The notes under the pieces: generated by a model | Databases searched by the model: none | What the model saw: only the letters and a program-made list of their open reading frames with translations | Told to the model about the DNA's origin: nothing | Translations under genes and position numbers: made by a program | Assembly: GCF_009914755.1 (NCBI RefSeq) | Contig: NC_060926.1 | Length of the DNA stretch: 64,000 nt | Reading direction: 5' to 3' (one strand) | DNA from: the human T2T-CHM13v2.0 reference genome, Homo sapiens | Shown here: one piece after another, positions 31,530-45,870 of the stretch | Numbering within the stretch: the stretch's first letter is position 1 | Layout: every line of letters begins with the position of its first letter

Positions 31530-33588
31530 ACTATGAAAAGAGAAAAAGAAGGTCATCTTATAGTGATAAAGGGTTCAGTTCATCAAGAAGTTATAACAAT
31601 GGTAAATATATTTGCATTAAACATTGGAGCCCATGAATATATAAAGCAAATATTAATAAGTTTGAAGGGGAGAGAGATTGCAATACAATAATGGTAGTAG
31701 ACTTCATTACCCCCACTTTCAACACTGGATCATCTAAAGAGAAAATCAATGAGGAGACATCAATTTAAACTACAATTAAAAAAATGGACCTAACAGATAT
31801 TTTACAGCATCAGCATCCAACAGAAACAGAATATAAATTCTTTTCAAGAGTACATTGAACATTCTTCAGAACATATGATATGCTGGGCCACAAAACAAGT
31901 CTTAACAAATTTAGGAAGACTGAAATCATATATTTTCTGACCACGATGGCATGAAACTATAAATCAGTAACAGGAACAATCTTGGAAAACTCACAAACAT
32001 GTATAAATGAAGCATCTTTCTGAACAACCAATTGGCCAAAGATGAAATTTACAAATACCTTGTGACAAACAAAAATGAAAACACAATATACCAAAACATA
32101 TAAGATGCAGCAAAAGTAGTCCTAAGAGAGTATATGGTAAAAAGTGCCTACTTCAGAAAAGAATATCTCAAATAAACAATCTAACATTACACCTCAAGGA
32201 ACTAGAAAAAGAAGAATAAGCCCAAACTTGGAAGGAAATAATAGAGAAAAAGGAAACAAAATAGATATTAGAAAAATAACAGAAGAGATCAAGAAAACTA
32301 AAAGTTGGTTTTTGAAAAGATAAACAAAACTGACTAAACTTTTGGTAAACTAACAAAGAAAAAAGAGAAGATTCAAATAAAATCAGAAATGAAAGAGGAG
32401 ACATTATAACTGTATACCACAGAAATACAAAGAATCACAACATACTACTACTACTATGAACAGCTGTATACCAACAACTTGGATAACCCAGAAGAAATGA
32501 ATGAGCTCCAAGAAACATGCAGTCTACTAAGTCAGGAAAGAAAGAAATAGAAAACCTGAACAGACCAATAATGAGAAAGGAGACTGAATAAATAATCAAA
32601 AAGAAAAGCCCAGGATCTGATGGTTTCACTGCTGAATTATACCAAACACTGAAAGAAAAAGTAAAACCAATCCTTCTCAAGCCCTTCCAACAAACTGAAG
32701 AGGACGTACTTCCAAACTCACTGTGAGGCCAGCATTACCCTGATACCAAAGCCAGACAAAGACATTACAATAAAAGAAAATTACAGCCCAATGTCCCTGA
32801 TGAACACAGATGCAAAAATCCTCAACAAAATACTATCAAACCAAATTCAGTGGCACATTAAAAAAGATCATTCACCATGATGAAGTGGTATTTATCCCAG
32901 AAACGCAAGTATGGTTCAACATATATAAATCAATAAGTGTGATACAGTGTATTAACAAGATGAAGGACAAAAACTGCATGACCATCTCAATAGATGCAGA
33001 AAAAGCACCTGACAAAATTCAACATCTGGTCATGATAAAAACTCAAAAAAATATGGAAGGAATATACCTCAACACAATAAAGGCCATATATGATAAGCCC
33101 ACAGCTAATGTCATACTCATTTGTGAAAAGTTGAAAGTTTTTCCTCTAAGATCAGAAATAAGACAAGGATACCTACTCTTATCACTTCTATTCAACACAG
33201 CACTGGAAATCCTAGCCAGTGCAATTATACATGGAAAAGAAATAAAAAGTATCCTTATAGGAAAGGAAGGTGTGAAATTCTGTTTGTTGATGACACAATC
33301 TTACATACAGAAAAAACAAAAAATTGTTCAAACTGATAAATTTGCAGGTTGCAAAACCAAATTTGGTTGATTTTGCAGCTTATAAAATCAGTAAAGTTGC
33401 AGGTTATAAAATCAACATACAAAAACTTATCCAAAAAAAAATTAAGAAAACAATTCCATTTATACTAGCACCAAAAAAGAAAATACATAGGAGCAAATTT
33501 AACCAAACAGATGAAAAACCTATACACTGAAAACTGTAAAACATTGATGAAAGAAATTAAAGAAGACACAAATAAATGGAAAGATATC

Positions 33589-33900
33589 GGCTGGGCACGG
33601 TGGCTCACGCCTGTAATCCCAGCACTTTGGGACGCTGAGGCGGGTGGATCACGAGGTCAGGAGTTCAAGGCCAACCTGGCCAAGATGGTGAAACCCCATC
33701 TCTACTAAAAATACAAAAATTAGCTGGGTGCGGTGGCAGGCGCCTGTAATCCCAGCTACTCAGGAGGCTGAGGCAGGAGAATCATTTGAACTCGGGGGGT
33801 GGAGGCTGCCGTCAGTCAAGATCACTCCACTGCACTCTAGCCTGGGCAACAGAGTGAGACTCTGTCTCAATCAATCAATCAATCAATAAAATTTAAAAAT
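33589..33900 (+). mobile_element. AluS (AluSg-like) with a (TCAA)n tail
   Basis: Full dimer; perfect 19-bp TSD aaataaatggaaagatatc at 33570-33588 and 33901-33919. Confidence 0.96.
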
Positions 33901-35522
33901 AAATAAATGGAAAGATATCCCATATTCATGGATTAGTAGAAACAGTAGTGTTAAAATGTTCATACTACCCAAAGTAATGTACTAATTCATTGCAATTCCT
34001 ATCAAAATTCCAATGTCATTTTTTTTTAGCAAAACAGAAAAAACAGTCCTAAAATCAATATGGAACCAGATAATACCCTAGAGAGCCAACAATCTTGCAC
34101 AAAAGGAACAAAGCTGGAGGCAACACAATAACTTCAAAACATATTATAAAGCTATTGAAACAAAAGCAGCATAGTACTGGCATAAAAACAGACACACTGA
34201 AGAATGGTACAAGATAGAAAGCCCAGATACAAATCCAAGTATTTATGGTCAGTTGATTTTCAACAAAGCAGCCAAGAACATGCAATGGGAAAGAACAATT
34301 TATTGTCCTTTCCAATTTATTTAATAAATGGTGTTGGGAAAACTGGATATTCATGTGCAGAATAATAAAATTGGACCCTTACATCAAACCACATATAAAA
34401 ATCAACTCAAAATGGATAAAAGATAGTATGTTAAGCACAAGACTTGAAACTTGAGGAGGAGGGAAAAACTCCTCAACATTTGCCTGGGCAATGATTTCTT
34501 GGCTAGGATTCCAAAAGCACAAGCAGCAAAAGCAAAAATAGATAAATGAGACTGCAATGAATGAAAAAGATTATGGACAGCAAAAGAAGGAAGTAACAGT
34601 GAAGAGATAAACCATGTATTGGGAGAAAATATTTACAAACCATACATCTGATAAGGGGCCAATATCCAAAATATATAAGGAATTCAAACAACTCAATAGT
34701 AAGAAAACTCAGTTAAAAGCTGGTAAAAGTATCTGAGCAGACATTTCTCAAAAGAGAGGTAGATGCCAACAGATATATGAAAAACACTCAACATCTCTAA
34801 TCACCAAGGAAACACAAATTAAAACCACAACGAGATATCACCTCATGCCTGTTAGAATGGCTACTAATGTCAAAAAAGAAAAAAAGAACAAGTGTTGGTG
34901 AGGATATGAGGAGAAGGGAACCTGTGTATACTGCTGCTGGGAATGCAAATTAGTACAGCCATTTTGAAAACAGTATGGAGGTTTCTTAAAAAAAACTAAA
35001 AACACCATATGATCTAGCAATTGCGCTTCTGGGTATATATCCAAAGGGATTGAAATTGATATGTCAAGCAGATGTTGGTACTCCCATATATTTCAAGATT
35101 TTTCACAATAGCCAAGTTATGGAGCAACCTAAGTGTCCATCAATGGTTGAATGGATAAAGGCAATATGGTATATGAACACAATGAGATATTATATATATA
35201 GCCTTTAAAAATAAGAAAATTTTTTCATTTGTGACAATATGGATGGAACTAGAGGACATTATGCTAAGTGAAAGAAGCTAGGTACAGAAAGACAGATACT
35301 GTATGATCTCACTTGTTATATATGGATTTTTTTTAAATTGATTTCATAGAAACAGGAAGGTGATGACAGAGGCTGGAGGTGATAGTGGTGGGGAAAGGGA
35401 AGATGCTGATCAAAACATACAAAGTTTCAGTTAGACCGTAGGAATAAGTTTAGTGATCATTTACACTATATGATGACCAGCATTAATAGCAATGTATTGT
35501 ATATTTCAAAATAGATTTTTAT

Positions 35523-35843
35523 TTTTTATCTTTTTATTTTATTTTGTAAAACAGGATCTCACTCTGTCACCCAGGCTGCAGTACAATGGCACAACCATGG
35601 CTCATTGCAACCTTGACCTCCAGGGCTCAGGTGATCCTCCCATCTCAGCCTCCCAAGTAGTGGGACTACAGGCACATGCCACCCCACTTGGCTAGTTTTG
35701 TTTTGTTTTTGTTTTTATTTTTTTTTGTAGAGACAAATTTGCCATGTTGCCCAGGCTGGTTTCAAACTCCTGGGCTCAAGTGATCCTCTCACTGTAGCCT
35801 CCCAAAGTGATGGGATTACAGGCATAAGTCACTGCTCCTGGCC
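35523..35843 (-). mobile_element. AluJ
   Basis: Full dimer; TSD ttcaaaatagattttta / ttcaaaaaagattttta. Confidence 0.94.
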
Positions 35844-38800
35844 TTCAAAAAAGATTTTTATTGTTATGATCATAAAAAATAAATTGGTAAGGTAACAATA
35901 TGTGAATTAGCTCAAGGGAATCTTTCTGCAATGTATACATAGATCAAAACATCACATTGTACCCCACAAATATACACACATCACATTGTACCCCATAAAC
36001 AGACACAATTGTTATCTGTCAATTAAAAATATAAAAGAATCATGCATCTTGGAGAGAGCCATAATGAAACATTGTAAGATGTTTAGTCTTTTTTTTTTAT
36101 TTGTTGGCCCCTTTTTGGAGTCACTTTATAAAATTAAAATGTCATATCACAAGTCTAAATGGACAATATACATAACAGATTTGAAAAGTGTCATATTGAC
36201 AATTTTTAACTTTTACTTCAACCCAACCAGTGTTACTTAGTTGATAGATGGTTAACTTATAAAAGTGTTACTAACTTGGAATCAAGTTTTCAGAAAGATA
36301 TTCAGAAGAATGAATACCACTTAGTTTCTGTCATTCTCAATGACAATTTTATAATTTATCATTTGCCAATTTGACTTATATTAGCATCATCATTTAGCAC
36401 TATTAAATGAAATTGGCTTCCACTCAACAAAAGATGACAAACTGACAGTCTCTGGACTTGATCCAGATTTCAAAATGTACACATATTCTGTCTATACATG
36501 TAAGATCTAAATAAAAAACTTGCTGTTCCTGGGACTTCATTACCTTTCACAGAAGACTTCTGAATGTGCTACCAGAATGAATATGCAAATTTACAGCAAA
36601 AAAAGCATTTAAAGCTAAAAAAATCTTGAATGGAGTTTCATCTTAAATCATACTTTGGATCAGTTATTGACAGATAATTATAAGTACTATAACATATTGA
36701 TGTTGTTATAACCTTTTCTAATTTGTGAAATGTTCCTAGGATTGATAGGTTTCTATGAGATATGGAAGCACTAACAAAGACATGCAACAGCTTATACATA
36801 TTTATGATTACTGTGTTCTTGTCCTGTATGATGCTTTGATTAGTTCAAATCCATTGATAATTGAAAAATTTTATTCGTATTCTACAGCTTTACAGGTTTA
36901 AACCCTGGTCAAAGTTGCCTTCAGCACATTCAAATTCATGCTATTTCACCTACACATAAATGTGTAAAATATTGATACAATCCTCTTTATGTTTATTTTA
37001 AAATAACATTTCCTTTGGACAAATCTGATCAATAAGCAGCTTTAAGAATTGGGGAAAAATATCGTTTCTAATGCTGTATTTTAGAAGCACCATATTTTGT
37101 AGCTTTGAGGAGAATGAATGTAACTTTCAAGATAAGGAAGTATGTTAAATAACTTACCTCAGAGTTACGTTAATAGAAATAAAAATTTTAGTAATCAATT
37201 GTTAACATTTATATAAATGTTCCACAGTCTTTCTTGTATTAGGTCACAACAATGAATCATCATTTTAAAAGTGAAAATATATGGAAAGAATCGATATTTT
37301 ATTTTACCAAATTAAGAATTTACTTGGCTTGTTGTATATTCTCATGTTAGAATAAGCTTGTAGGAATTACATGTTTTTGAAGGTTTTGTAGAACTCGTAA
37401 ATAAAACCAAGTGCTTCCTTTCAGGAGTTCTATTTTTGATTACTGTTTGAATTTTCTCTGTGGGGTTACTGGACTATTTCATTTTTTTTTATTTCTTATG
37501 TCGATTTTAGCCATTTATATTTTTCTGGAAATTATTCACGGTGGGGAGGAGGCTTTCAAGATGGCTAACTAGAGGCACCAGCACTCACCACCTCCACAAA
37601 GAAGGACCAGAATATCAAGTAGATAATCACATATTGAATACAGCATTTAAGAGAGAACATTAGAATTCAGAGAGAAGTGACAGGGAACCTCTGAGACACA
37701 GAAGGAGAGGGAAGAAAAGTTGCCAGCCAGCCAGGATTGACAAAGAGCCAAGAGAAACTCCCCAGTGCAGGGAAAAGGTTAAAGTGAGAGGTTTATAAGC
37801 AGTCTGCTCTCCCATGATGGACTCCTACAGTCCTAGTCACAGGAGAGCCCCTCAGTCCTTATGGACCCTGAGACTAGTATAGGGACTTCTCGGAGTCCAT
37901 GCAGTGGCACTGTTCCAGACAGGTAGTTTGCGCTGCATCCCACATCCCCCAAGACTCAAGCAGCTGTAGCATGACGTCACTTTGAGAGCCCAGTCACAAG
38001 AAATGATATGCTTCTCTGGGGCACAATAGCCCCTGAATGTCCACATCACTGGAGCCCTGCTGACATTTCCCCCAACATCAGCCCAGAGGGCTGTAGCATT
38101 GAGGCACCGGCTAGACTCAGGTATGACCAGGTTTGCAGCACTCTAGCCCACATACTGTCCTGCACCTGGGAAGTGGGCAGTGATGTGTACTGGGGAGGCT
38201 GCCTCTGGGACAATGGGACCAGAACCAAAGTGTGTGCTCACCAGAGCCTGAGAGCCAACTTCCTAGGTCCACTGTCACTGACAGCAGCCCTTCCTTGCTC
38301 CCAGCAGCAAAGCCAATGTGCACTTGCACATACCTTTGAGGAGCCCAGAGACCAGCCAACCTGGGCACCATCCTAAGGCCTAAGGACAGGCCCATCTTAC
38401 CCACTACTGCATGAGTGCACTGTCCAGGGCCCTGAGGATTGATCTGCTTGTCTGCCACAGCCTGTGGTTGAGTGAAACATTAAGGAGCTTCAGGACTGGC
38501 TTATCTGGCCACCACTGCTGGTGCCCACATGTACCACTGAGGAGCCTGAGAATAGGTCTCCCCTGGTCACTGGCATCTGAGTACACCATCTAGGGTCCTT
38601 GGGACTGACTCATCCCATCACTGTCACTGGTGCCTACATGCACCATTGTGGTGCGGGGGAGGGGGCTTGAAAACAGGCCTGCCCTGCCCACTGCCAGTGA
38701 CTGCATGTACCATAAAGAAACCTGAAGATAGGTCTACTCTGCCCACTGCCACTGCTTCCACTGCCCAAGCACACCATTTGAGGACATGGGGAATCAACCC

Positions 38801-40869
38801 ATCCCACCCACCAACACTAGCACCTGCACCTGCCTTTTGAGAGCATGACATCAGGCCCACCCCGCCTGCTGCCACTACTGCTGCCAACATCAACCTACAT
38901 GTGCCACCTGGGAGACAGGAAACTGGCTTGCCCAGACTGCTACAACCACTGGTGCCAGTATGTATTGCTTATGAGCCTCTAGGTTGTCCCAACACTGCTA
39001 CCGTCATTGCTAACATCATACATGCTGCCCAAGGACCCACCCACCCACCAACCACTGCCACTGTTGGTCCCTGAACAAGCAACCTGGAGGTCCAAGGGTT
39101 AGCCTGCATGGACTTACCACCAGTGCCCGCATATGTCACCTGGGGGTCCAAGAATTGGTGCACATCCAGCCCACCACCACCACCACTATTGCTGCCTGAA
39201 GACCAGCCCTCCTGACATTCCCATCCTCAGCAAAGCCTCACTATACCTTTCACTAACAACTGCAGCCCAAGCAACTGAGGAATTAACAGACACCACTAAT
39301 TCTGATGACAGCCAATGAAATCATATGACAACTACATGAGTATGCCCAACCAGAATCAAAGCCAAATCAACCTACCCAACCAACACTATAGATACATATT
39401 TAGGAAAATGTCTTACCCTATGAAAGCCAATCTATAAAACTGGAAGAAGCAACTGTTCACTAGATGTGCAGATATCAACATAAAGACACAAGAAACATGA
39501 AAAGGCAAGGAAACCTGACACTGTCAAAAGAACATAATAATTCTCCAGCAACAGATTGCAATGAAAAAGAAATCTGTAAAATGCCTGAAAGAGGATTCAA
39601 AATAAAAATGTTAAAGCAAAATGAGATACAGCTAAAAATTTTAAAACAATCAGAAACACAACTCATGATCCGAATGAGAAATTCAACAGAGATATCATTT
39701 AAAAAATTCTGAAACTGAAGAATTCAATGAATGAAATAAAAAACACAACTGAGGATTTAAACAACAGATTAGATCAAATACAAGAAATAATCTAAGAACT
39801 GGAAGACAGTTTTGACACCATAAATCTACCAAATATTTGAATTTTCAGAGTCCCAGAAGGCGACAATATGGGCAAAGGTATAGAAAACCTACTTAACAAA
39901 ATAATAGCTGAATACTTCCCAAATCTTACAAGAGACATGGACATTCACATACAGGAATATCAAAACGTTCCTAAATAGATACAATCCAAAAAGGTTTTCA
40001 AGCCACGTTATAGTCACTGTTAAGAGTCAAAGAAAGACAGAATTCTAAAAACAGCAAGAGAAAAGTGTCAAGTCACATATAAGGGAATCCCATCAGACTA
40101 ACACTGGATTTCTCTTTTTACAAGACAGGAGAGAATAGGATGATATATTCAAACTACTGAAAGAAAAAAAACATGTCAGCCAAGAGTACTGTACCCAGAA
40201 AAGCTGCTTTTCAAAAATGAAGGAAAAATAAATAAAATGTTTCCCAGATAAGCAAAAACTGAGGGAATTCATCACCACTAGACTGGTCCTACAAGAAATA
40301 TTTAAGGAAGTCCTAGATCTGGAAGCAAAAGGATGATATCTACCACCATGAAAACACATAAAGTATAAAACTCACTGGTAGAGCAGACACACAATAAGAG
40401 AAAGGAGTCAAATGTTACTACTACAGAAACCCAACAAACTACAATAATAAACAGTAAGAGAGGAAGAAAAGAATAAAGAATATACAAAACAAACTTAAAA
40501 CATGTAAAAAAAAAAAACCAGAAATAAGTCCTCATCTAACAATAAAACCTTGAATGTAAATGGATTAAATTCCCCATTTAAAAGATACAGACAGCTTGAA
40601 TGTATTAAAAAGACATGACCCAACTATATGCTTCCTATAAGACACTGACTTCACCTGTAAAGGTACAATAAACAAAGTAAAGGGATAGAAAAATATGTGT
40701 TGCACAAATGGAAACCAACAATGAATAGGAGTAACTATATTTATATCAGGTAAAATAGAATTTAAATAAAAAACTAAAAAGAGACAAGGAAGGTGATTAT
40801 GTAATGATGAAGGGATCATTTCAGCAAGAGGGTCTAACAACTCTAAATATGTATGCACCCAACGCAGAA

Positions 40870-40912
40870 ACACACACACACACACACACATGCACACACA
40901 CACACACACACA
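40870..40912. repeat. Interrupted (CA)n microsatellite
   Basis: (CA)10 TG (CA)10. Confidence 0.95.
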
Positions 40913-43900
40913 GAACAAATATTGTTACATATAAATGGAGAGACAGACTTAAATACAATAGTTGGAGACTTCAACACTTTTCATTCTCAGCATTGGACAG
41001 ATAATCTAGATAGAAAATTAACAAAGAAACATTGGATTGAAACTGCACTGCAGACCAAATGGACCTAACAGACATTTACAGAACATTTTATTCAACAGTT
41101 ACGAAATATGTACTCTTCTCGTCAGCACGTGGAATATTCTCCAGGATTGACCATATGTGTTAGGCCACAAAACAACTCTCAACAAATTTTAAAAAAATCG
41201 TATCAAGTATCTTCTCAGACCACAAAGGAAGAAAAGTAGAAGTCAATACCAAGAGGAACTATGGAAAATGTACAAATACAGGGAAATTAAACAATATGTT
41301 CCTCAATGACCCCTGAATCAAATAAGAAATTAAGAAGGAAATAAAAAAATGAAACAAATGAAAATGGAAATACAACATACTAAAACCAATAGGATACAGC
41401 CAAAGCAGTGCTAAGAAGTACTTTTTTGTACATCAGAAAAGTAAGAAGATTTCAAATAAACTACCTAACAATGCACCTGAAGGAACTAGAAAAGCAACAA
41501 ACAAAACCCAAAATTAGTAGAAAAAGAGAAATAATAAAGATCAGGGCAGAACTAAACAAGATAGAGACTAATAAATAACACAAGAAAATTGGTTCACTGA
41601 AAAGATGAAAATCTATACATTTCTAGCTAGACTAACAAGAAAAAAGGAGAAAAGCTGAAATAAGATCAGAAAGGGTAAAGGAGACATTACAACTGATATC
41701 AAAGAAACAGAAAGGATCATCTGAGACTTTTATGAACAACTATACACCAACAAATTGGAAAACCTACAGGAAATGCATAAGTTCCTGGACATATACAACC
41801 TACCAAGATTATACCAGGAAGAAATAGAAAACCTGAAGAGAGCGAGTTTTTTCTTCATTAACAAGATTTAATCAGTAATAAAAACTCTCCCAACAAAGAA
41901 AAGCCAACTGTTTTATTATTGAATTCTACCAAACTTAGAAATGAATACCAATTCCTCTCAAACTATTTCAGAAGACTGAAGAGCAAAAATTCTCCTAACT
42001 CATTCTATGAGGTCAACATTACCTCAATACCAAAACCAGACAAGGATATGACAAAGAAAAAAACCTATAGGCCAAAAACCTACGGGCCAATATACCTGAT
42101 GAACACAGTTGCAAAAATCCTCAACAAAATACTAGCAAACTGAATCCAACAAGACATCAACAAGACAATACACCATGATCAAGTGGGATTTATCCCAGGG
42201 ATGCAAGGATGCTTCGACATAGGCAAATCGATAAAAAACAGAATGAAGGACAAAAACCATTTGATCATCAAATAGATGCAGAACAAACATGATAAAATTC
42301 AATATCCATTCCTGGTAAAAACTCTCAAGTTAGGCAAAAAAGGAACCTACCTCAATATAATAAAGGCCATATATGAAAAACAGACAGCTAGCATCATACT
42401 GAATAGGCAAAAGCTGAAAGTATTTCTTCTAAGAACTGAACAAGAAAAGGATGCCCACTTTCACCACTCCTGATCAGTACAGTACTGTAAGTACTAGCTA
42501 GAACAATCAAGCAAGAGAAGGAAAGCTAGAAAAAACAAAGTCAGATTTGCAGACGGCATGATCTTATACCTAGAAAGTTATTAGAAATGATAAATGAACT
42601 CAGTAAAGTTTCAGTTTACAAAATCAACATATAAATATCAGAGTTTCTATATATCAATAATGAACTAGCTGAAAAATAAATCAAGAAAGAAATCCCATTT
42701 GCAATGGCCACAAAAAAATACACAAGAAATGTTTAACCAAGAAGGTGAAAGACCTGTATGAGGAAAATGAAATAACACCAGTAAAAAAAACCAAAGAGGA
42801 CACAAACAAATGGAAAGACATCCCATACTCATGGATCAGAAGATTTAATCTCATTAAAATGAATCAGAGAGCACCAGAAAGATGGTGCATAGGAGGCAGG
42901 ACTAGCTTGCAGCTCCTGCTTGGACAGACAAAACAGTGTATAGAAACTCACATCATGAACTTTTGCTCCAAGAACTACTGCAAGAACATACCAAGAAAGC
43001 TGAGAGAATCCATAGACTCTGAAGGAACTTGATCACCCTGCAGGCTCCCTGAGACACTGAAAAACTGTGCGGGTATCCATGGCTGAAAGATCTGAAGACA
43101 AATCACATCAAAGGACTCTTTGCAGACATTCCCCACTACCAGCCCAGAGCCCAGTAGCTCCACTGGGTGGCTAAACCCAGAAGAGCAAAAACAATCACTG
43201 CAGTTCCACTCTCAGGAAACCCCATCCCTAGGGGAAAGGTGGAGAACACCACATCAAGGGAGCACTCCATGGAACAAAAGAATCTGAATAGCAGTCCTTG
43301 AGTTCCAGATCTTCCCTCTGATATAGTCCACCAAATGAGAAGGGACCAGAACAATTCTGGTAATATGATAAAACAAGGTTCTTTAACACCCTCAAGAGAA
43401 CATACCAGCTCACCAGTAATGGATCCAAACCAAGATTAAATCTGAATTGCCAGAAAAAGAATTCAGAAGGTTAATTATTAAGCTAATCAAGGAGGTACCA
43501 GAGAAAGGTGAAGTCCAACTTAAAGAAATAAAAAACATGACACAGGGTATGAAAAGAAAAATCTTCACTGAAATAGCTGGCATAAATAAAAAACAATCAC
43601 AACTTCTGATAATCAAGGACACACTTAGAGAAATGCAAAATGCACTGGAAAGTCTCAGCAATAGAACTGAACAAACAGAAGAAAGAACTTCAGAGCTTGA
43701 GGACAAGGCTTTCAAATTAACCCAATCCATCAAAGACAAAGAAAAAATAATTTATAAATGTGAAGAAAGCCTATAAGAAGTTTGGGATTTGTTAAGTGTC
43801 CAAACCTAAGAATAATTGGTGTACCCAAGGAAGAAGAGAAATCTAAAAGTCTGGAAAACATATTTGAGGGAATAATCGAGGAAAACTTCCTTAGCCTTGC

Positions 43901-45605
43901 TAGAGATCTAGACATGAAAATACAAGAAGCTCAAAGAACACCTGGGAAATTTATCACAAAAAGATCATTGTTTAGGCACATAGTCATCAAGTTATCTAAA
44001 GTTAAGATGAAGGAAAGAATCTTAAGAGCTGTGAGGCAAAGGCATGAGGTAACCTATAAAGGAAAACCTATCAGAGTAACGCATATTTCTCAGCAGAAAC
44101 CCTATAAGCTAAAAGGAATTGGGGTCCTATTTTTAGCCTCCTTAAACAAAGCAATTATCAGCCAAGAATTTTGTATCCAGAGAAACTATGCTTCATAAAT
44201 GAAGAAAAGATACAGTCTTTTCCAGACAGACAAATGCTGAGAGAATTCGCCACTACCATGCCAGCATGCCAAGAACTGCTAAAAAAAAGCTAAATCTTGA
44301 AATAAATCCTCAAAACACACCAAAATCGAACCTCCTTAAAGCATGACTCTCAGAGGACCTACATAACAATAACACAATGGGAAAACAAAAAACAAAAACA
44401 CAACCACCACAAGGTATTCAGGCAACAAACAGCATGATGAATAGAATAGTACCTCACATCTCAATATTAATGTTGAATGTAAATGGCCTAAATGCTTCAC
44501 TTAAAAGATACAGAATGGCAGAATGCATAAGAATTCACCAACCAAGTTTCTCTTGTCTTCAGGAAACTCAACTAACACATAAGGACTCCCATAAATTTAA
44601 GGTAAAGAGGTGGAAAAAGATATTCCATGCAAATGGACAACAAAAGTGAGCAGGAGTAGCTATTTTTATATCAGACAAAACAAACTTTAAGACAACAGCA
44701 GTTTAAAAAGACGAAGAGAGACATTATATAATGATAAAAGGGCTAGTCCAACAGGAAAATACCACAATCTTAAATATATAAGCACCTAACACTGGAGCTC
44801 CCAGATTTATAAAACAATTACTACTAGACCTAAGAAATGAGATAGATGGCAACACAATAATAGTGGGGGCCTTTAATACTTTACTGACAGTACTAAACAG
44901 GTCGTCAAGACAGAAAGTCAAGAAACAATGGACTTAAACTATACTCCAGAGCAAATGAACTTAACAGATATTTACAGAACATTCTACCCAACAACTGCAG
45001 AATATACATTCTATTCATCAGCACATGGAACATTCTCCAAGACAGAGCATATGAAGACCATATGACAGGCCACAAAACAAGTCTCACTAAATTTAAGAAA
45101 AACCTAAATTCTATCAAGTACTTTCAGACAACAGTGGAATAAAATTGGAAATCAACTCCAAAAGGAATCCTCAAAACCATGCAAATACATGGAAATTAAA
45201 TAACCTGCTCCTGTATGATCTTTAGGTTAACAATGAAATCAAGATGGAAATTTAAAAATTCTTTGAACTGAATGAGAATAGTAACACAACCCATCAAAAT
45301 CTCTGGGATACAGCAAAAGCGGTGCTAAGAGGAAAGTTCATAGCACTAAATGCCTACATCAAAAAGTCTGAAAGAGCACAAAGAGACAATCTAAAGTCAC
45401 ACCTCATGGAACTGGACAAAGAAGGACAATCCAAACCCAAAACCAGCAGAAGAAAAGAAGTACCGAAGATGAGAGCAGAACTAAATGAAATCGATTGAAA
45501 CAACGCACAAAAAAATACAAAAGATAAATAAAACAAAAAGCTGTTTCTTTGAAAAAATAAAATTGATAGACATTAGTGAGATTAACCAAGCAAAGGAGAA
45601 CATCC

Positions 45606-45870
45606 AGCTGGGCACGGTGGCTCATGCCTGTAATCTCAGCACTTTGGGAGGCTGAGGCAGGCAGATCATGAGGTCAGGAGATTGAGACCATCCTGGCAAA
45701 CACAGTGAAACCCTGTCTCTACTAAAAATACAAAAAATTAGCCGGGCATGGTGGCGGGCACCTGTAGTCCCAGCTACCAGGAGGCTGAGGCAGAAGAATG
45801 GTGTGAACCTGGGAGGCAGAGCTTGCAGTGAGCCAAGATCATGCCACTGCACTCCAGCCTGGGCGACAGA
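45606..45870 (+). mobile_element. AluY lacking its 3' end and poly(A)
   Basis: Y-diagnostic gaatggtgtgaacc and agcttgcagtgag; stops at gggcgacaga. Confidence 0.93.

Larger units (their letters stand above)
31260..36036 (+). mobile_element. L1MA-type LINE-1 (nearly complete decayed ORF2 plus 3'UTR) carrying three Alus
   Basis: EN start (CCVQEAHF), RT remnants (ORF 32810-33370), L1MA 3' end aaaacatcacattgtacccca...gtcaattaaaaat. Confidence 0.92.

Noticed and set aside
37151-37400. Consensus minus-strand donor GAG|GTAAGT at 37158/37157, a possible cryptic WDPCP exon
   Set aside because: No strong acceptor at exon-like distance and no recognisable peptide; isolated donor matches are expected by chance in 64 kb.
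37850-39320. GC-rich zone with many overlapping ORFs and ccactgcc-like subrepeats, suggesting a promoter or gene
   Set aside because: It is the CpG-depleted 5'UTR of the L1 starting at 37546 and leads directly into its ORF1.
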